Source of the DNA: an uncultured Acidimicrobiia bacterium
GTDB lineage: Bacteria > Actinomycetota > Acidimicrobiia > IMCC26256 > PALSA-555
NCBI GenBank assembly: GCA_963720675.1
Contig: CAVRGH010000010.1
Location: forward strand, 491,830 to 555,829
DNA: 64,000 nt
Direction of reading: 5' to 3'
The translations under genes and the position numbers were made by a program. Below are positions 11,570 to 21,992 of this stretch, piece after piece. The notes below the pieces were generated by a model. That model made no database searches. It saw only the letters and a program-made list of their open reading frames with translations, and had not been told where the DNA came from. How positions within the stretch are numbered: position 1 is the first letter of the stretch; every line of letters begins with the position of its first letter.

Positions 11570-13603
11570 TCAGCCGACGGCCTTCAGCTCGCGCTTGAGC
11601 TCGGTGATCTCGTCACGCAGGCGCGCGGCCTCCTCGAACCGGAGGCCGGTCGCGGCATCGTGCATCTCCTCCTGCAGCGTGAGGATGAGGCGTCCGAGCT
11701 CCTCGGGCGGCACCCCCGAGAGGTCGAACACGGCCGACTGCGACGCGCTCCGCCCACGGCCGCGGGAGCGCCCGCGGGCCGCGGGCGTGCTGCCGTCGTC
11801 GCCGCGAGCGCGCACCATCGCCATGATGTCGACGATGTTCTTGCGGATCGTCTGGGGGTCGATCCCGTGCGCCGCGTTGTACTCGAGCTGCGCCTTGCGG
11901 CGCCGGTTCGTCTCGGAGAGCGCGAACTTCATCGAGTCGGTCACCTGGTCGGCGTACATGATCACCTGACCTTCGACGTTCCGTGCCGCCCGACCCATCG
12001 TCTGGATGAGTGACGTCGAGGACCGGAGGAAGCCTTCCTTGTCGGCGTCGAGAATCGCGACGAGCGCGACCTCGGGGAGGTCGAGGCCCTCCCGGAGCAG
12101 GTTGATGCCGACGAGCACGTCGAACTCGCCGAGCCGGAGCGACCGCAGGATGTCGACGCGTTCGAGGGTGTCGACCTCGCTGTGGAGGTAGCGCACGCGC
12201 ACCCCGAGCTCGAGCAGGTAGTCGGTGAGGTCCTCGGACATCTTCTTCGTGAGCGTGGTGACCAGGACGCGCTGGTCGCGCTCCTCGCGCAACCGGATCT
12301 CCGCGACGAGGTCGTCGATCTGGCCCTTCGTCGGGCGCACGACGACCTCCGGATCCACCAGCCCCGTCGGCCGCACGATCTGCTCGACGACGCGTGCCGA
12401 CTGCTCGATCTCGTAGGGCCCGGGCGTCGCCGACATGTAGACGATCTGGTTGATCTTCTCGGTGAACTCCTCGAAGCGCAGCGGACGGTTGTCCATCGCC
12501 GACGGGAGTCGGAAGCCGTGCTCGACGAGCACGTCCTTGCGGGACTTGTCTCCTGCGTACTGGCCGTGCAGCTGGGGCACGGTCGCGTGCGACTCGTCGA
12601 GGACCACCAGGTAGTCGTCGGGGAAGTAGTCGAGCAGCGTGTAGGGCATCTCGCCGGGGCGACGACCGTCGAGGTGGCGCGAGTAGTTCTCGATCCCCGA
12701 GCACACGCCGACCTCACGCAGCATCTCCAGGTCGTAGGTGGTGCGCATCCGGAGGCGCTGGGCCTCCAACATCTTGTTCTGACCCTCGAGCTCGGCCAGG
12801 CGCACGGCCAGCTCGGCCTCGATCCCGTCGATCGCGGTGCGCATCCGCTCTTCGGAGGTGACGTAGTGCGACGCCGGGAAGAGCACCAGCTTGTCGAGCT
12901 CCTCCACCACCTCGCCCGTGAGTGGGTCGACCGAAGCGATCCGTTCGACCTCGTCGCCGAACAACGACACGCGGATCGCACGCTCCTCGTACGACGGGTA
13001 GATCTCGATCGTGTCGCCGCGCACACGGAACTTGTTGCGGGCGAACTCGAAGTCGTTGCGGTCGTACCCGAGGTGCACGAGGCGTCCGAGGATGGACCGC
13101 TGCTCACGCTCTTCGCCCTTGCCGAGGATGAGACACTGGCGCTCGTACTCATCGGGGGCACCGAGCCCGTAGATCGCCGAGACCGACGCGACGACGATCA
13201 CGTCGCGCCGACTCATGATGGCGCTCGTGGCCGAGTGGCGGAGTCGGTCGATCTCGTCGTTGATCGAGGAGTCCTTCTCGATGTACGTGTCGGTCGAGGG
13301 AAGGTACGCCTCGGGCTGGTAGTAGTCGTAGTAGGACACGAAGTACTCGACCCGGTTCTTCGGGAAGAACTCACGGAACTCGCTGGCGAGCTGCGCGGCG
13401 AGGCTCTTGTTCGGGGCGAGGACGATCGTCGGCCGCTGGGTCTCCGCGATCAGGCCGGCGATCGTGAACGACTTCCCCGAGCCGGTGATGCCGAGCAGCG
13501 TGACCGCCCGCTCCCCCGCTTCGACGCCCGCCGCGAGGGAGGCGATCGCCGCGGGCTGGTCCCCGGCAGGCGCGAAGTCGGAGACCAGCTCGAAGGGAGG
13601 CAT
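11570..13603 (-). CDS. uvrB: Excinuclease ABC subunit B
   Basis: 677-aa ORF with [12 protein letters not shown], helicase motifs and a C-terminal UVR domain ([13 protein letters not shown]). Confidence 0.95.
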   Translation of the reverse strand: MPPFELVSDFAPAGDQPAAIASLAAGVEAGERAVTLLGITGSGKSFTIAGLIAETQRPTIVLAPNKSLAAQLASEFREFFPKNRVEYFVSYYDYYQPEAYLPSTDTYIEKDSSINDEIDRLRHSATSAIMSRRDVIVVASVSAIYGLGAPDEYERQCLILGKGEEREQRSILGRLVHLGYDRNDFEFARNKFRVRGDTIEIYPSYEERAIRVSLFGDEVERIASVDPLTGEVVEELDKLVLFPASHYVTSEERMRTAIDGIEAELAVRLAELEGQNKMLEAQRLRMRTTYDLEMLREVGVCSGIENYSRHLDGRRPGEMPYTLLDYFPDDYLVVLDESHATVPQLHGQYAGDKSRKDVLVEHGFRLPSAMDNRPLRFEEFTEKINQIVYMSATPGPYEIEQSARVVEQIVRPTGLVDPEVVVRPTKGQIDDLVAEIRLREERDQRVLVTTLTKKMSEDLTDYLLELGVRVRYLHSEVDTLERVDILRSLRLGEFDVLVGINLLREGLDLPEVALVAILDADKEGFLRSSTSLIQTMGRAARNVEGQVIMYADQVTDSMKFALSETNRRRKAQLEYNAAHGIDPQTIRKNIVDIMAMVRARGDDGSTPAARGRSRGRGRSASQSAVFDLSGVPPEELGRLILTLQEEMHDAATGLRFEEAARLRDEITELKRELKAVG

Positions 13604-13641
13604 GCCCGATTGTCGCGCGGGGGTGTGACAGGGATGCCCGG

Positions 13642-14322
13642 CTACTTCGCCTCCGCCGCCTCGTGCTCGGACTTGAGGCGCAGCAGGTCGGCCCAGAGGG
13701 TGTCGACCTGGGGCTCCAGCGCCGCGAGGTCACCGGAGTTGTCGATCAGGTGCGTGGCGATCGCCCGACGGTCCTCGTCACTCGCCTGCGCGGCCATCCG
13801 ACGTTCGGCGTCGTCGCGTGGCACGCCCCGGTCCTCGAGTCGCTCCAGTCGCACGGCTCGCGGTGCTTCCACGACGATGACCACCGGATAGCCCCGAGCC
13901 TGGGCCGCCGGCGACTCCGCGAGCAGCGGCACGTCACACACGACGATGCCGTCGGCGGGCGCCGCCTGCATCTGTCGGAGGAACTCGGCGTTGATCGCCG
14001 GGTGCGTGATCGCCTCGAGGTCCTTGCGCGACTGCTCGTCCGCGAAGGCCAGCTCGGCCAGCCTGGGGCGGTCGAGGGCCCCATCGGCCCCCAGGACTCC
14101 CGGGCCGAACCGTTCGACCAGGGCAGCCAGGGCCGGCGTGCCGGGCTCGACCACCGAGCGGGCCACGGCGTCGGCGTCGACCACCACCGCCCCCCGACCC
14201 ATCAGGAGCCCGGCGACGGTCGACTTCCCGGATCCGATCCCGCCCGTCAGGCCCACCAGCAGCACGGGGCGGGAGCGTATCGGGCCTCCGGCGGGCCCCC
14301 GGCGGGCGCCCCAAATTGCCAC
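13642..14322 (-). CDS. coaE: Dephospho-CoA kinase
   Basis: [20 protein letters not shown]-loop near the N-terminus. The ORF begins at GTG 14322, but GTG at 14265 (VLLVGLTGG) is the more typical start. Confidence 0.85.
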   Translation of the reverse strand: MAIWGARRGPAGGPIRSRPVLLVGLTGGIGSGKSTVAGLLMGRGAVVVDADAVARSVVEPGTPALAALVERFGPGVLGADGALDRPRLAELAFADEQSRKDLEAITHPAINAEFLRQMQAAPADGIVVCDVPLLAESPAAQARGYPVVIVVEAPRAVRLERLEDRGVPRDDAERRMAAQASDEDRRAIATHLIDNSGDLAALEPQVDTLWADLLRLKSEHEAAEAK

Positions 14323-14413
14323 GGAGAGTGCTCAAGGTTCCGGACGTCGCGCGCCGATAGAACAAGTGATCGGACTGGGCTCCGGTCACCGACACCGAAA
14401 GGGGCACCAACCA

Positions 14414-14608
14414 ATGAACCTCTTCGTGCTGAAGACCTGGCTCACCGCCAAGTTCACGAAGGACGAGCAGGGCGCCAACCTGGTGGAGTACATCCTCCTG
14501 GTCGCCCTGATCGCCCTTGCCGTCATCGCTGCTGTCGTCTTCCTGCGTGGTCAGGTCAGCGACAAGTTCAACGAGACCGGCTCGAAGCTGAGTAGCAACG
14601 GCAACTAG
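14414..14608 (+). CDS. flp: Flp family type IVb pilin (copy 1)
   Basis: MNLFVLKTWLTAKFTKDEQG/ANLVEYILLVALIALAVIA carries the Flp G/XXXXEY prepilin cleavage motif and a hydrophobic helix. AAAGGGG RBS upstream of ATG 14414. Confidence 0.85.
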   Translation: MNLFVLKTWLTAKFTKDEQGANLVEYILLVALIALAVIAAVVFLRGQVSDKFNETGSKLSSNGN

Positions 14609-14643
14609 TCACACCCGCAGAGTCAGGAACGAAAGGGGTTCGT

Positions 14644-14841
14644 ATGAACCTGTTCGTGCTGAAGACCTGGCTCCAAGCGAAGTTCACGAAGGACGAGCAA
14701 GGCGCCAACCTGGTGGAGTACATCCTCCTGGTCGCCCTCATCGCCCTGGCGGTCATCGCCGCAGTGGTCTTCATGCGGGGCCAAGTGAGTGACAAGTTCA
14801 ACGAGGCCGGCAGCAAGGTCGGGAACGCTCCCAACCCGTAA
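14644..14841 (+). CDS. flp: Flp family type IVb pilin (copy 2, tandem paralog)
   Basis: 65-aa ORF nearly identical to copy 1 through residue about 50 (G/ANLVEY motif). It diverges in the C-terminal tail (NEAGSKVGNAPNP versus NETGSKLSSNGN). Confidence 0.85.
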   Translation: MNLFVLKTWLQAKFTKDEQGANLVEYILLVALIALAVIAAVVFMRGQVSDKFNEAGSKVGNAPNP

Positions 14842-14867
14842 GCCGCCTCCAAGGACAACCAGCGAGG

Positions 14868-14897
14868 GAGGCCGCAGGCAACGAAGCCTGCGGCCTC
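14868..14897 (+). terminator. Stem-loop terminator candidate after flp2
   Basis: Perfect 12-bp stem GAGGCCGCAGGC / GCCTGCGGCCTC with 6-nt loop AACGAA, 27 nt after the flp2 stop. The downstream T-tract is weak (TTC). Confidence 0.5.
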
Positions 14898-15106
14898 TTC
14901 GCGTGGGCGCACCCCACCCCCTGGGTTGCGAAGCTCACCCGCCGCTGCGGGCGCTCGGGACGCACGTCACGCGAATCCGATGGTTCCGCCCGGGGGGGAA
15001 TCGACGTGCGTCCCGAACGCCACCGCCGTGCCCCGGTCGAGAGCAGCACTCCTGAGCGACGCACCGCGGACCCGCAGAGACGGGTGAGCGACGCAACCCG
15101 AGCGGA

Positions 15107-16614
15107 CTAGGCGTTCACGTCCTGGCGGACGAAGGTGGTGTACGTCTTGTCCTGGTGGGTCACGCGCCAGGTCCGCTCTGGTGCAGGAGCTGGGTCAGTG
15201 CCCTCCCCCGCTCCCACACGACGACCTCGATGTCGTACTTGCGCAGGACGTCGTCCCAGCCGGCGGTGCCGTTGCTCATGGTCGTGAAGTCGTGGATGAC
15301 CGCCAACGGGTACATGTCGAAGCGGTCGTCCATGAAGACGGGCTGGTCCGTGCCGTACCGCAGGATGAGGTACCCCGCGTCGGCGTCGTCGGTGAGCACG
15401 CGGCGCCCGAGGAGGCCCTGGCGCTCGACGGCGTTCATCGCCTGCACCGGGTACTCGCCGAGGGCGAAGTCGGGCTGCCCACTCGCGCGCAGCCCCATTG
15501 CGACCGCGATGACGGCCAGCGCCGCGACGAACACCCAACCGAGCGGGAGGCGCTGCTCGTCGTCCGCCTTCGGTCGCACCGCGACCGCCCGGGCGACGAC
15601 GGGCAGACCGACCAACGGTGCCAGCGCGATGTTCCGCAGTGCCCAGAAGCCGAGCACCAGGAACGGGATCGTCACGACGAGGTCGCGGATCGTCACGCGG
15701 TGACGGGCCCGGGCGACGACGACCATGAACAGCACCACCCACAGCGCGAACGCCAGACCGCGCACGGAGTGGAAGTCGGGTGACGACCACTCGATCACGC
15801 CCCGCAGCGCATCGCCCCGCCGCAGGAGGTCGACCGGGAAGGTCACCAGCGAGACGCCGTACGGGTTCAGGAAGCAGACCAGGAACCCGAGCAGGCCTCC
15901 GAGGACGAGCCGGCGCTCCCGTCCTTCCCAGGGACGGTGGCCTTCGAGCCAGCGGCCGAGCAGGTGCAGCCCGAGATAGGCGAAGCCGAGTGCGAAGGTC
16001 CCGTGCACGTTCGCCCACAGCCAGAAGAGGACCGGGAGCGCGACCAGCTCTCGCCGGCCGAGGAGCCCGTCGGGCACCTCGACGACCCAGAGCAGGAGCA
16101 CGAAGAACAGGACGCCGATGAGGAGCGGCCGCTCCGACCACAGCGTGTAGAGCGCCGCCAGCGCGGCGATCGTGACCAGCGCCGCTCGCATCCGGTCGTG
16201 GGCGAGGCGCAGCGCCAGCCGGAACGCGAGCACGGTGATCGCCAGGCCCACGAGCCCGCAGAAGACCCGGATGGCGAACGGCCCGGCAAGCCGGTCGAGG
16301 CCGCCGTAGGTCACCTCCGCGAGCCACGACTGCACCACCCACGGCGTCCCCTTTGCCACGAACGAGTACTGGTCCGCGTGCGGAAAGCCGTGGTCGAGGA
16401 TCCAACCACCGGTACGAAGGTGCCAGAAGAACGAGTTGTCCGAGAGCCGTTCGATGCCGACGCCCCAGCCGAACACGGCGAAGACGAGTGTGAACAGCGT
16501 GTCGAGGCTGGGAGGCCGGAGCCCGCGTCGAGAGGTGACGCGCGTCGCGTCCTGCGGTGGTGTCTCCTCGAGCGACGCACCCGCGGCCCCGGGCGAGTGC
16601 GTGAGCGTGGCCAT
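15107..16614 (-). pseudogene. Polytopic membrane protein (GT-C-like candidate) translationally coupled to tadC; probable frame break near 15170
   Basis: ATG at 16614 overlaps the tadC stop (TAATG). About 12 hydrophobic segments (FWHLRTGGWILDHGFPHADQYSF...). The main frame stops at 15160 (..LLHQSGPGA). The adjacent frame continues with a family-like tail WRVTHQDKTYTTFVRQDVNA ending at 15107. Confidence 0.6.
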
Positions 16615-17537
16615 TAGGTCTTCGCGAAGTTCTGCATCAGCGAGATCATCGCCGGGCCCAGGATCACGACGAAGATCGACGGGAAGATGCAGAAGACCAG
16701 CGGGAAGAGCATCTTCACCGGCGCCTTCTGCGCCTGCTCCTGCGCGCGGAGCCGCCGTCGGATGCGCATCTCGTCCGCCTGCGAGCGGAGCATCCGGGAG
16801 ATCGACACACCGAACGTGTCGGCCTGCAGCATCGCCATGATGAACGTCCGCAGCTCGGGCACGTCGGCGCGCTCGTCCATCGCGCGGAGCGCTTCGGCGC
16901 GGCTCGCGCCGTAGCGGGTCTCGCGCAGCATTCGGCGGAACTCGTCGGAAAGCGGACCCGGCACGGCAGTCGTGGTGCGCTCGAGCGCCTGCTCGAAACC
17001 GAGCCCCGCCTCCACCGAGATGGTGAGCAGGTCGAGGACGTCGGGGAGCTGCACCGCGATGTCGTGCTGTCGTGCCTCGATCGCACGGGACAGGAACACG
17101 TCGGCGCCCATGAAGCACACGCCCCACAGCACGACCACGACGGCGAACCCGAACAGTCCGCCGAGCCCGAGCCCGGCGAAGATGAGCGGCACCCAGAGCA
17201 ACCCCGACATCAGTCCGAGGAACTTGAACACGAGGATCTGGTCGACCGTCATGTTCCTCGGGGTGCCGGCGAGGGTGAGCTTGTGCGCGACCTGTTCTCG
17301 GTACCCGTTCGGCGTGAAGCGTTGCGCGATGCCGGAGAGTCCACCGAGGAAGGGCGCGAACACGCGCTCGCCGATCGGCGCCAGCATCTCCTGGTCGCGC
17401 ACGTCCTGGATCTGGTAGCCCTCGAGCCGACGCAGCGACTCCCGGACCTCGGAACGCTCGACGACGACGGACATCGTCAGCAGGCCGATGAAGAGCACGG
17501 CCCCGGACACCATGGCGGCGATGACGATGGGAGACAC
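16614..17537 (-). CDS. tadC: Tad pilus inner-membrane platform protein TadC (T2SS F domain)
   Basis: 307-aa ORF with a GspF-like domain (LPDVLDLLTISVEAGLGFEQALERT...) and TM helices. Directly follows tadB. Confidence 0.8.
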   Translation of the reverse strand: MSPIVIAAMVSGAVLFIGLLTMSVVVERSEVRESLRRLEGYQIQDVRDQEMLAPIGERVFAPFLGGLSGIAQRFTPNGYREQVAHKLTLAGTPRNMTVDQILVFKFLGLMSGLLWVPLIFAGLGLGGLFGFAVVVVLWGVCFMGADVFLSRAIEARQHDIAVQLPDVLDLLTISVEAGLGFEQALERTTTAVPGPLSDEFRRMLRETRYGASRAEALRAMDERADVPELRTFIMAMLQADTFGVSISRMLRSQADEMRIRRRLRAQEQAQKAPVKMLFPLVFCIFPSIFVVILGPAMISLMQNFAKT

Positions 17538-17538
17538 G

Positions 17539-18558
17539 TCAGACCTCGATCGTCATGATCTTGCGGAGCCAGAAGAACCCGAAGCAGGCCATGACGGTCG
17601 ACACGCCCACGGCCATGATCCCGAGCGGGCTGTCGAACAGGAGGCTCATGTAGTCGGGCTGGATGATGTAGAGCACGACCGCGAACGCGGGCGGGAAGAC
17701 CCCGAGCACCCAGGCCGACATGCGACCTTCCGCCGTGAGCGACAGGATCTCGCCCTTCAGCTGCTCGCGCTGGGTCATGGTCTTCGCCACCGTGTCGAGC
17801 AGCTCGGCCAGGTTCCCGCCGACCTCACGCTGGATGCGGATCGCCATGACCGCCCACATGAGGTCGACGGATTGCATCCGGTTCGCCGACTCCTCGAGCG
17901 AGTCCTCGATCGGTCGACCCAGGCGACTCTCGGTGAACACCCGCTGCAGCTCGCGCCGCGACGGCTCGACGGCTTCGTCGGCGACGGCTTCGAGCCCCTG
18001 CGCGAACGAGAAGCCCGCGCGCATCGAGCCGGCGAGCAGGTTGAGCGTGTCGGGCAGCTGCCGCTCGAACTTCCGTAGCCGCCGCTTGCGACGGAGCTCC
18101 AGCCACACGAAGGGGCCGACCGCCGCAACTGCGGTGAAGATCAACGCCATCACCGGAGCGAGCAGCAGGAACGACGCCGCGAACACGACGAAGAGTCCTG
18201 CCGCGTAGAAGAAGATCGCTTCGGGCGGTCGGAGCGGGACGTCGGCCTGCTCGAGCTTGTCCTCGACCCGGTTGAGGACACCGACCCGCTCGGCCATGCG
18301 ACCGGTGATGTCCACCATCTCCTGCATGAGGCGCGTCTCGGCGAGCTGCTGGTCGCCGCGCGGCTGGGTCTCTTCGTCCGGCTCCTCCTCGTCGGGGGTC
18401 CCGAACCCGGTCAGGCGCTTCTCGAGGCCTGAGCGCTTGTCCCCCGTCATCAACATGAACGCGAGGACGAGCGCGAGGATCGCCGCGGCCATCAGGACCG
18501 CGATGACGAGACGCAGCGTCGGGTCCCCGGCGTCGATCGCCAGCACGAGCGCGCTCAT
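17539..18558 (-). CDS. tadB: Tad pilus inner-membrane platform protein TadB (T2SS F domain)
   Basis: 339-aa ORF with LPDTLNLLAGSMRAGFSFAQGLEAV. ATGA overlap with the tadA stop. Confidence 0.8.
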   Translation of the reverse strand: MSALVLAIDAGDPTLRLVIAVLMAAAILALVLAFMLMTGDKRSGLEKRLTGFGTPDEEEPDEETQPRGDQQLAETRLMQEMVDITGRMAERVGVLNRVEDKLEQADVPLRPPEAIFFYAAGLFVVFAASFLLLAPVMALIFTAVAAVGPFVWLELRRKRRLRKFERQLPDTLNLLAGSMRAGFSFAQGLEAVADEAVEPSRRELQRVFTESRLGRPIEDSLEESANRMQSVDLMWAVMAIRIQREVGGNLAELLDTVAKTMTQREQLKGEILSLTAEGRMSAWVLGVFPPAFAVVLYIIQPDYMSLLFDSPLGIMAVGVSTVMACFGFFWLRKIMTIEV

Positions 18559-19823
18559 CGCTTCGCCGCCGCACGTCGGGCGAACTGCTCGGCCGCGAAG
18601 AGCGAGGAGTCGAGCGAGATGCCGTAGTTCGCGAGTCGGTCGCCGAAGCTGGGGCGGATCCCGGTGCTCTTCATGTGGCCGAGGAACTTGCCCTCGGCAT
18701 CCATGCCCATCCCGTAGTCGAAGAGGAACAGGTCCTGCAGCACGATCACGTCTCCTTCCATGCCCATCACCTCGGTCACGTGGGTGACGCGGCGGGTGCC
18801 GTCCCGCAGGCGACTGAGGTGGATGATCAGGTCCAGCGCCGATGCCATCTGCTCCCTGATGACGCGCACCGGGAGATCCATGCCCGCCATCAGCGACATG
18901 GTCTCGATGCGCGACAACGTGTCGCGCGGTGAGTTCGAGTGGACGGTCGTGAGTGAACCGTCGTGACCGGTGTTCATCGCCTGGAGCATGTCGAGAGCCT
19001 CGGAGCCACGGACCTCACCGACGACGATGCGATCGGGCCGCATTCGCAGGCAGTTCCGCACCAAGTCGCGGATCTTCACCTCGCCCTTGCTCTCGATGTT
19101 GGGTGGGCGACCCTCGAGTGCGAGCACGTGCGGCTGCTGGAGCTGGAGCTCCTTGGAGTCCTCGACCGTGATGATGCGCTCGTCCCTCGGGATGAACGAC
19201 GACAGCACGTTCAGCAGGGTCGTCTTCCCGGTACCGGTACCGCCGCTCACCACGACGTTCAGGCGACCGCGCACGCAGGCGTCCATGAAGGTGGAGACCT
19301 GCTGGTTCAGCGTCCCCATCTGAACGAGGTCCTCGACGGTGAACGGATCGGTCGCGAACCGCCGGATCGTCATGAACGGCCCGCCGATGGCGAGCGGGGA
19401 GACGACCACGTTCACGCGGGAGCCGTCGGGAAGCCGGGCGTCCACCATCGGCGTGGCTTCGTCGACGCGCCGGCCGACCTGGCTCACGATCTTGTCGATG
19501 ATCCGGCGCAGGTGACCCTCGTCGACGAACTTCGCGTCCGTGAGGACGATCTTGCCTTCCTTCTCGATGAAGACCTGGTTCGGGCCGTTCACCATGACCT
19601 CGTTGATGCCCGGGTTGCGCAGCAGCTGGTCGATCGGCCCGTAGCCGAGCACGTCGTCGAACACCGACTGCACGAGCGCCTGGCGGTCGGCTGCGCCGAT
19701 CGCGAGTCGCTCCTGCGAGAGGGCCTTGTGCAGCTGCTCCTCGACCTGCTTCCGCAGGTCGGCCTCCGAGATGCGCTGGTCGTAGAGGATCGGGCCGAGC
19801 TCCTGGATGACGTAGGTGTGCAT
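18555..19823 (-). CDS. tadA: Tad pilus ATPase CpaF/TadA
   Basis: Walker [16 protein letters not shown] plus secretion-ATPase Asp/His boxes. Upstream in-frame sequence (...AAQVASRAHALEDLRQK) and an RBS-preceded ATG at 19957 in another frame suggest the true gene spans 18555..19957, with one indel somewhere in 19830-19950. Confidence 0.9.
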   Translation of the reverse strand: MHTYVIQELGPILYDQRISEADLRKQVEEQLHKALSQERLAIGAADRQALVQSVFDDVLGYGPIDQLLRNPGINEVMVNGPNQVFIEKEGKIVLTDAKFVDEGHLRRIIDKIVSQVGRRVDEATPMVDARLPDGSRVNVVVSPLAIGGPFMTIRRFATDPFTVEDLVQMGTLNQQVSTFMDACVRGRLNVVVSGGTGTGKTTLLNVLSSFIPRDERIITVEDSKELQLQQPHVLALEGRPPNIESKGEVKIRDLVRNCLRMRPDRIVVGEVRGSEALDMLQAMNTGHDGSLTTVHSNSPRDTLSRIETMSLMAGMDLPVRVIREQMASALDLIIHLSRLRDGTRRVTHVTEVMGMEGDVIVLQDLFLFDYGMGMDAEGKFLGHMKSTGIRPSFGDRLANYGISLDSSLFAAEQFARRAAAKR

Positions 19824-19972
19824 CTTCTGGCGCAGGTCCTCGAGCGCGTGGGCCCGGGAGGCGACCTGTGCGGCGCGGGGCTGCGCGTCGGCCCAGGGAC
19901 GGCTCGGCTGCTGCGGTGTTGTGGTGGCTGTGGTGGCTGAGGTGTCTGCACCGTCATGGTCAGCTCCCGCCG

Positions 19973-21097
19973 CTACTTCTGCTTGCGCCCGAAGCGCTTC
20001 TTCGACGGCACGCTGGCGCCGGCGCCGAGGAGCGCCACGGCGATGTGCTCCATCGCGCGCGACGCGGGCGACTTCTCGTCGGAGTCGACGACCGGCTGGC
20101 CGGCGTTCACCGAGATCGGGACGGCGATGTCGGACGGGATGGGGAACTCCGCTCGCATCCCGAGCACCTGCTCGATCTCGCGCACGTCGAGCTTCACCTG
20201 GGTGTTGGCCCGATTCAGGACGAGGCGCAGCTTCGGACCGGCGATCGACGCGAGGTCCAGCGCCTGCATGCCGATCTTGAGGTTCTTCACGCTCGGGATG
20301 TCCATCCCACCGACGAGCAGGATGTCATCGGCGGCTTCGATGAGGGCGAGGATGCTGTCGTCGAAGACGGTGGGGGTGTCGACGATCACGTGGCCGCAGA
20401 ACGACTGCAGCGCGGTGCACACCCCGACCAGCTCCTCGGGCAGGAGCGCGGACCCGAGCACGGCCTCGGCCGGCGCGGGCAGGACGTACACCCCGCTGGA
20501 GTGTCGGGTGAGCATCTGACTCAGCATCTCGGGCTCGGCGAACTGGATCGACGCCGCGGCGTCGGTGATGGTCGTCTGCGGCGGGATGCCGAGCATCACC
20601 GCGACGTCCCCGAAGTGGAGGTCGGCGTCGACGAGCGCAACCCGCTCACCGGTGCGGTGCGCCATGGCGACCGCGACGTTGATGGCGATCGTGCTCTTGC
20701 CCACACCGCCCTTGGTGGAGAACACGACGGTCAGCCGTCCCGGGTTCGAACGCGACTCGGGGACCGCGGGGACCCGAGAGCTCGTCGACTCACTGAGGAG
20801 GTCGCCGACACGGGCGACCGCCTGCACCATCGTGGCGGCGTCGCCGGCAGCGACGGTGTCACGGGCCCCGGCGCGGAGCGCTGCCTGCAGCACTGGCGCG
20901 GACAGCTCCGCGACCGCGAAGACCGCGCCGAGCTCGGGGTACGCGGCGACGAGCCGCTGCACCTGCTGGAACCCGAGCGGTACCGCGACCGACGGCCCGA
21001 ACACGGCGACGACCGGGCGACCCGGCCGCAGGTGCTGGACGAGCTCCTCGATCGACTCGAACTGGGCCGCGCCCGCGAGCTGGGTGCCCAGACGCAT
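19973..21097 (-). CDS. tadZ: CpaE/TadZ-like pilus localisation ATPase (ParA/MinD family with N-terminal receiver-like domain)
   Basis: FSTKGGVGKSTIAINVAVAMA deviant Walker A. An RBS-preceded ATG at 21197, 5 nt after the cpaB stop, opens MAVAHDDAMGMTSGAPTPSRYDVAVVE in another frame. This suggests the real gene is 19973..21197 with an indel near 21105. Confidence 0.8.
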   Translation of the reverse strand: MRLGTQLAGAAQFESIEELVQHLRPGRPVVAVFGPSVAVPLGFQQVQRLVAAYPELGAVFAVAELSAPVLQAALRAGARDTVAAGDAATMVQAVARVGDLLSESTSSRVPAVPESRSNPGRLTVVFSTKGGVGKSTIAINVAVAMAHRTGERVALVDADLHFGDVAVMLGIPPQTTITDAAASIQFAEPEMLSQMLTRHSSGVYVLPAPAEAVLGSALLPEELVGVCTALQSFCGHVIVDTPTVFDDSILALIEAADDILLVGGMDIPSVKNLKIGMQALDLASIAGPKLRLVLNRANTQVKLDVREIEQVLGMRAEFPIPSDIAVPISVNAGQPVVDSDEKSPASRAMEHIAVALLGAGASVPSKKRFGRKQK

Positions 21098-21202
21098 GCG
21101 GTACGCGCGGCTCGGGTTCGACGACCGCCACGTCGTAGCGCGAAGGCGTCGGCGCGCCGCTGGTCATCCCCATCGCGTCGTCGTGGGCAACTGCCATGGC
21201 TC

Positions 21203-21928
21203 CTACCGGCTCGATGCCGAGGCTGTGGAGTCCCCACCACCCGCCGCAGCGATCGGACGGAGCGTGAGGTACACGGACCCGGTCTTGTTCGCCGCGACGA
21301 CTGCGAGTGCGTCACTGGGACTCAGCTCGAAGGTGATGAGCCCGCTCGTGGCCGCGGCCGCCGAGGGCTGGCCGTTGCCACCCGCCGCGTTCGCTGCGGT
21401 CTCGGTGCCGACGGAGAGGACCTTCACGTCGTTGAGGATGTAGCCGGCGGAGCCGTCGGCCACGACCGCGATGTCCACGCGGTCCCCGGGTGCGATCTGG
21501 TTCGCGACGCCCCGTTCGGCGTCGACCGAGATCGTCACCGCGACCAGTCCCTTGTCGCCGATGGCCGCGGCGAGCGACCCGCCGCCACCCTCGGACGGGG
21601 CCACGAAGCTCGCGTCGGTGATGTACTGCCGGGCCTGGATCGTCGAGGCTGCGACCTTGCCGCCGAGCAGCGACGAGTCGGTCACCGCCGCCGGGGGCAC
21701 GGAGCCGCGCAGCACGTCCTTGGCCTGGATCAGCCCGTCCGCAACGGCAGCGTCACCGGTCGTCCCCTTCGGGATGTCGTTGACCGCGACGAAGGCCTGG
21801 ACCACGTCGACCTTGTCCGAGGCGCGCTGGTCGGCGCCCGAGACGTAGACGAAGACCAATAGGCCGGCCACAGCAGCCAGGACGACCGCCCCGGCCGCGA
21901 TCAGAGTCCGTCGGTTCCCCACGGGCAC
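21203..21928 (-). CDS. cpaB: Flp pilus assembly protein CpaB/RcpC (SAF domain)
   Basis: N-terminal TM (TLIAAGAVVLAAVAGLLVFVYV) followed by a SAF-like region (VVQAFVAVNDIPKGT...). The long ORF 21203..22147 overlaps rpsA. GTG at 21928 or 21922, after GAGGAG, is the plausible start. Confidence 0.75.
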   Translation of the reverse strand: MPVGNRRTLIAAGAVVLAAVAGLLVFVYVSGADQRASDKVDVVQAFVAVNDIPKGTTGDAAVADGLIQAKDVLRGSVPPAAVTDSSLLGGKVAASTIQARQYITDASFVAPSEGGGGSLAAAIGDKGLVAVTISVDAERGVANQIAPGDRVDIAVVADGSAGYILNDVKVLSVGTETAANAAGGNGQPSAAAATSGLITFELSPSDALAVVAANKTGSVYLTLRPIAAAGGGDSTASASSR

Positions 21929-21992
21929 GCTCCTCGAAAGTCGGTTGCCTCCCGACTTCTTTGGTCGGCCTGGGGTGGCCTCGCCTTGAGCG

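Noticed and set aside
14789-15064. 88-aa ORFs on both strands in the flp/tad convergent gap, considered as missing TadE/TadF minor pilins
   Set aside because: Neither has an N-terminal hydrophobic pilin-like segment or a G/XXXXEY-type motif. The translations are Arg/Pro-rich, and the two ORFs are mirror images of each other.
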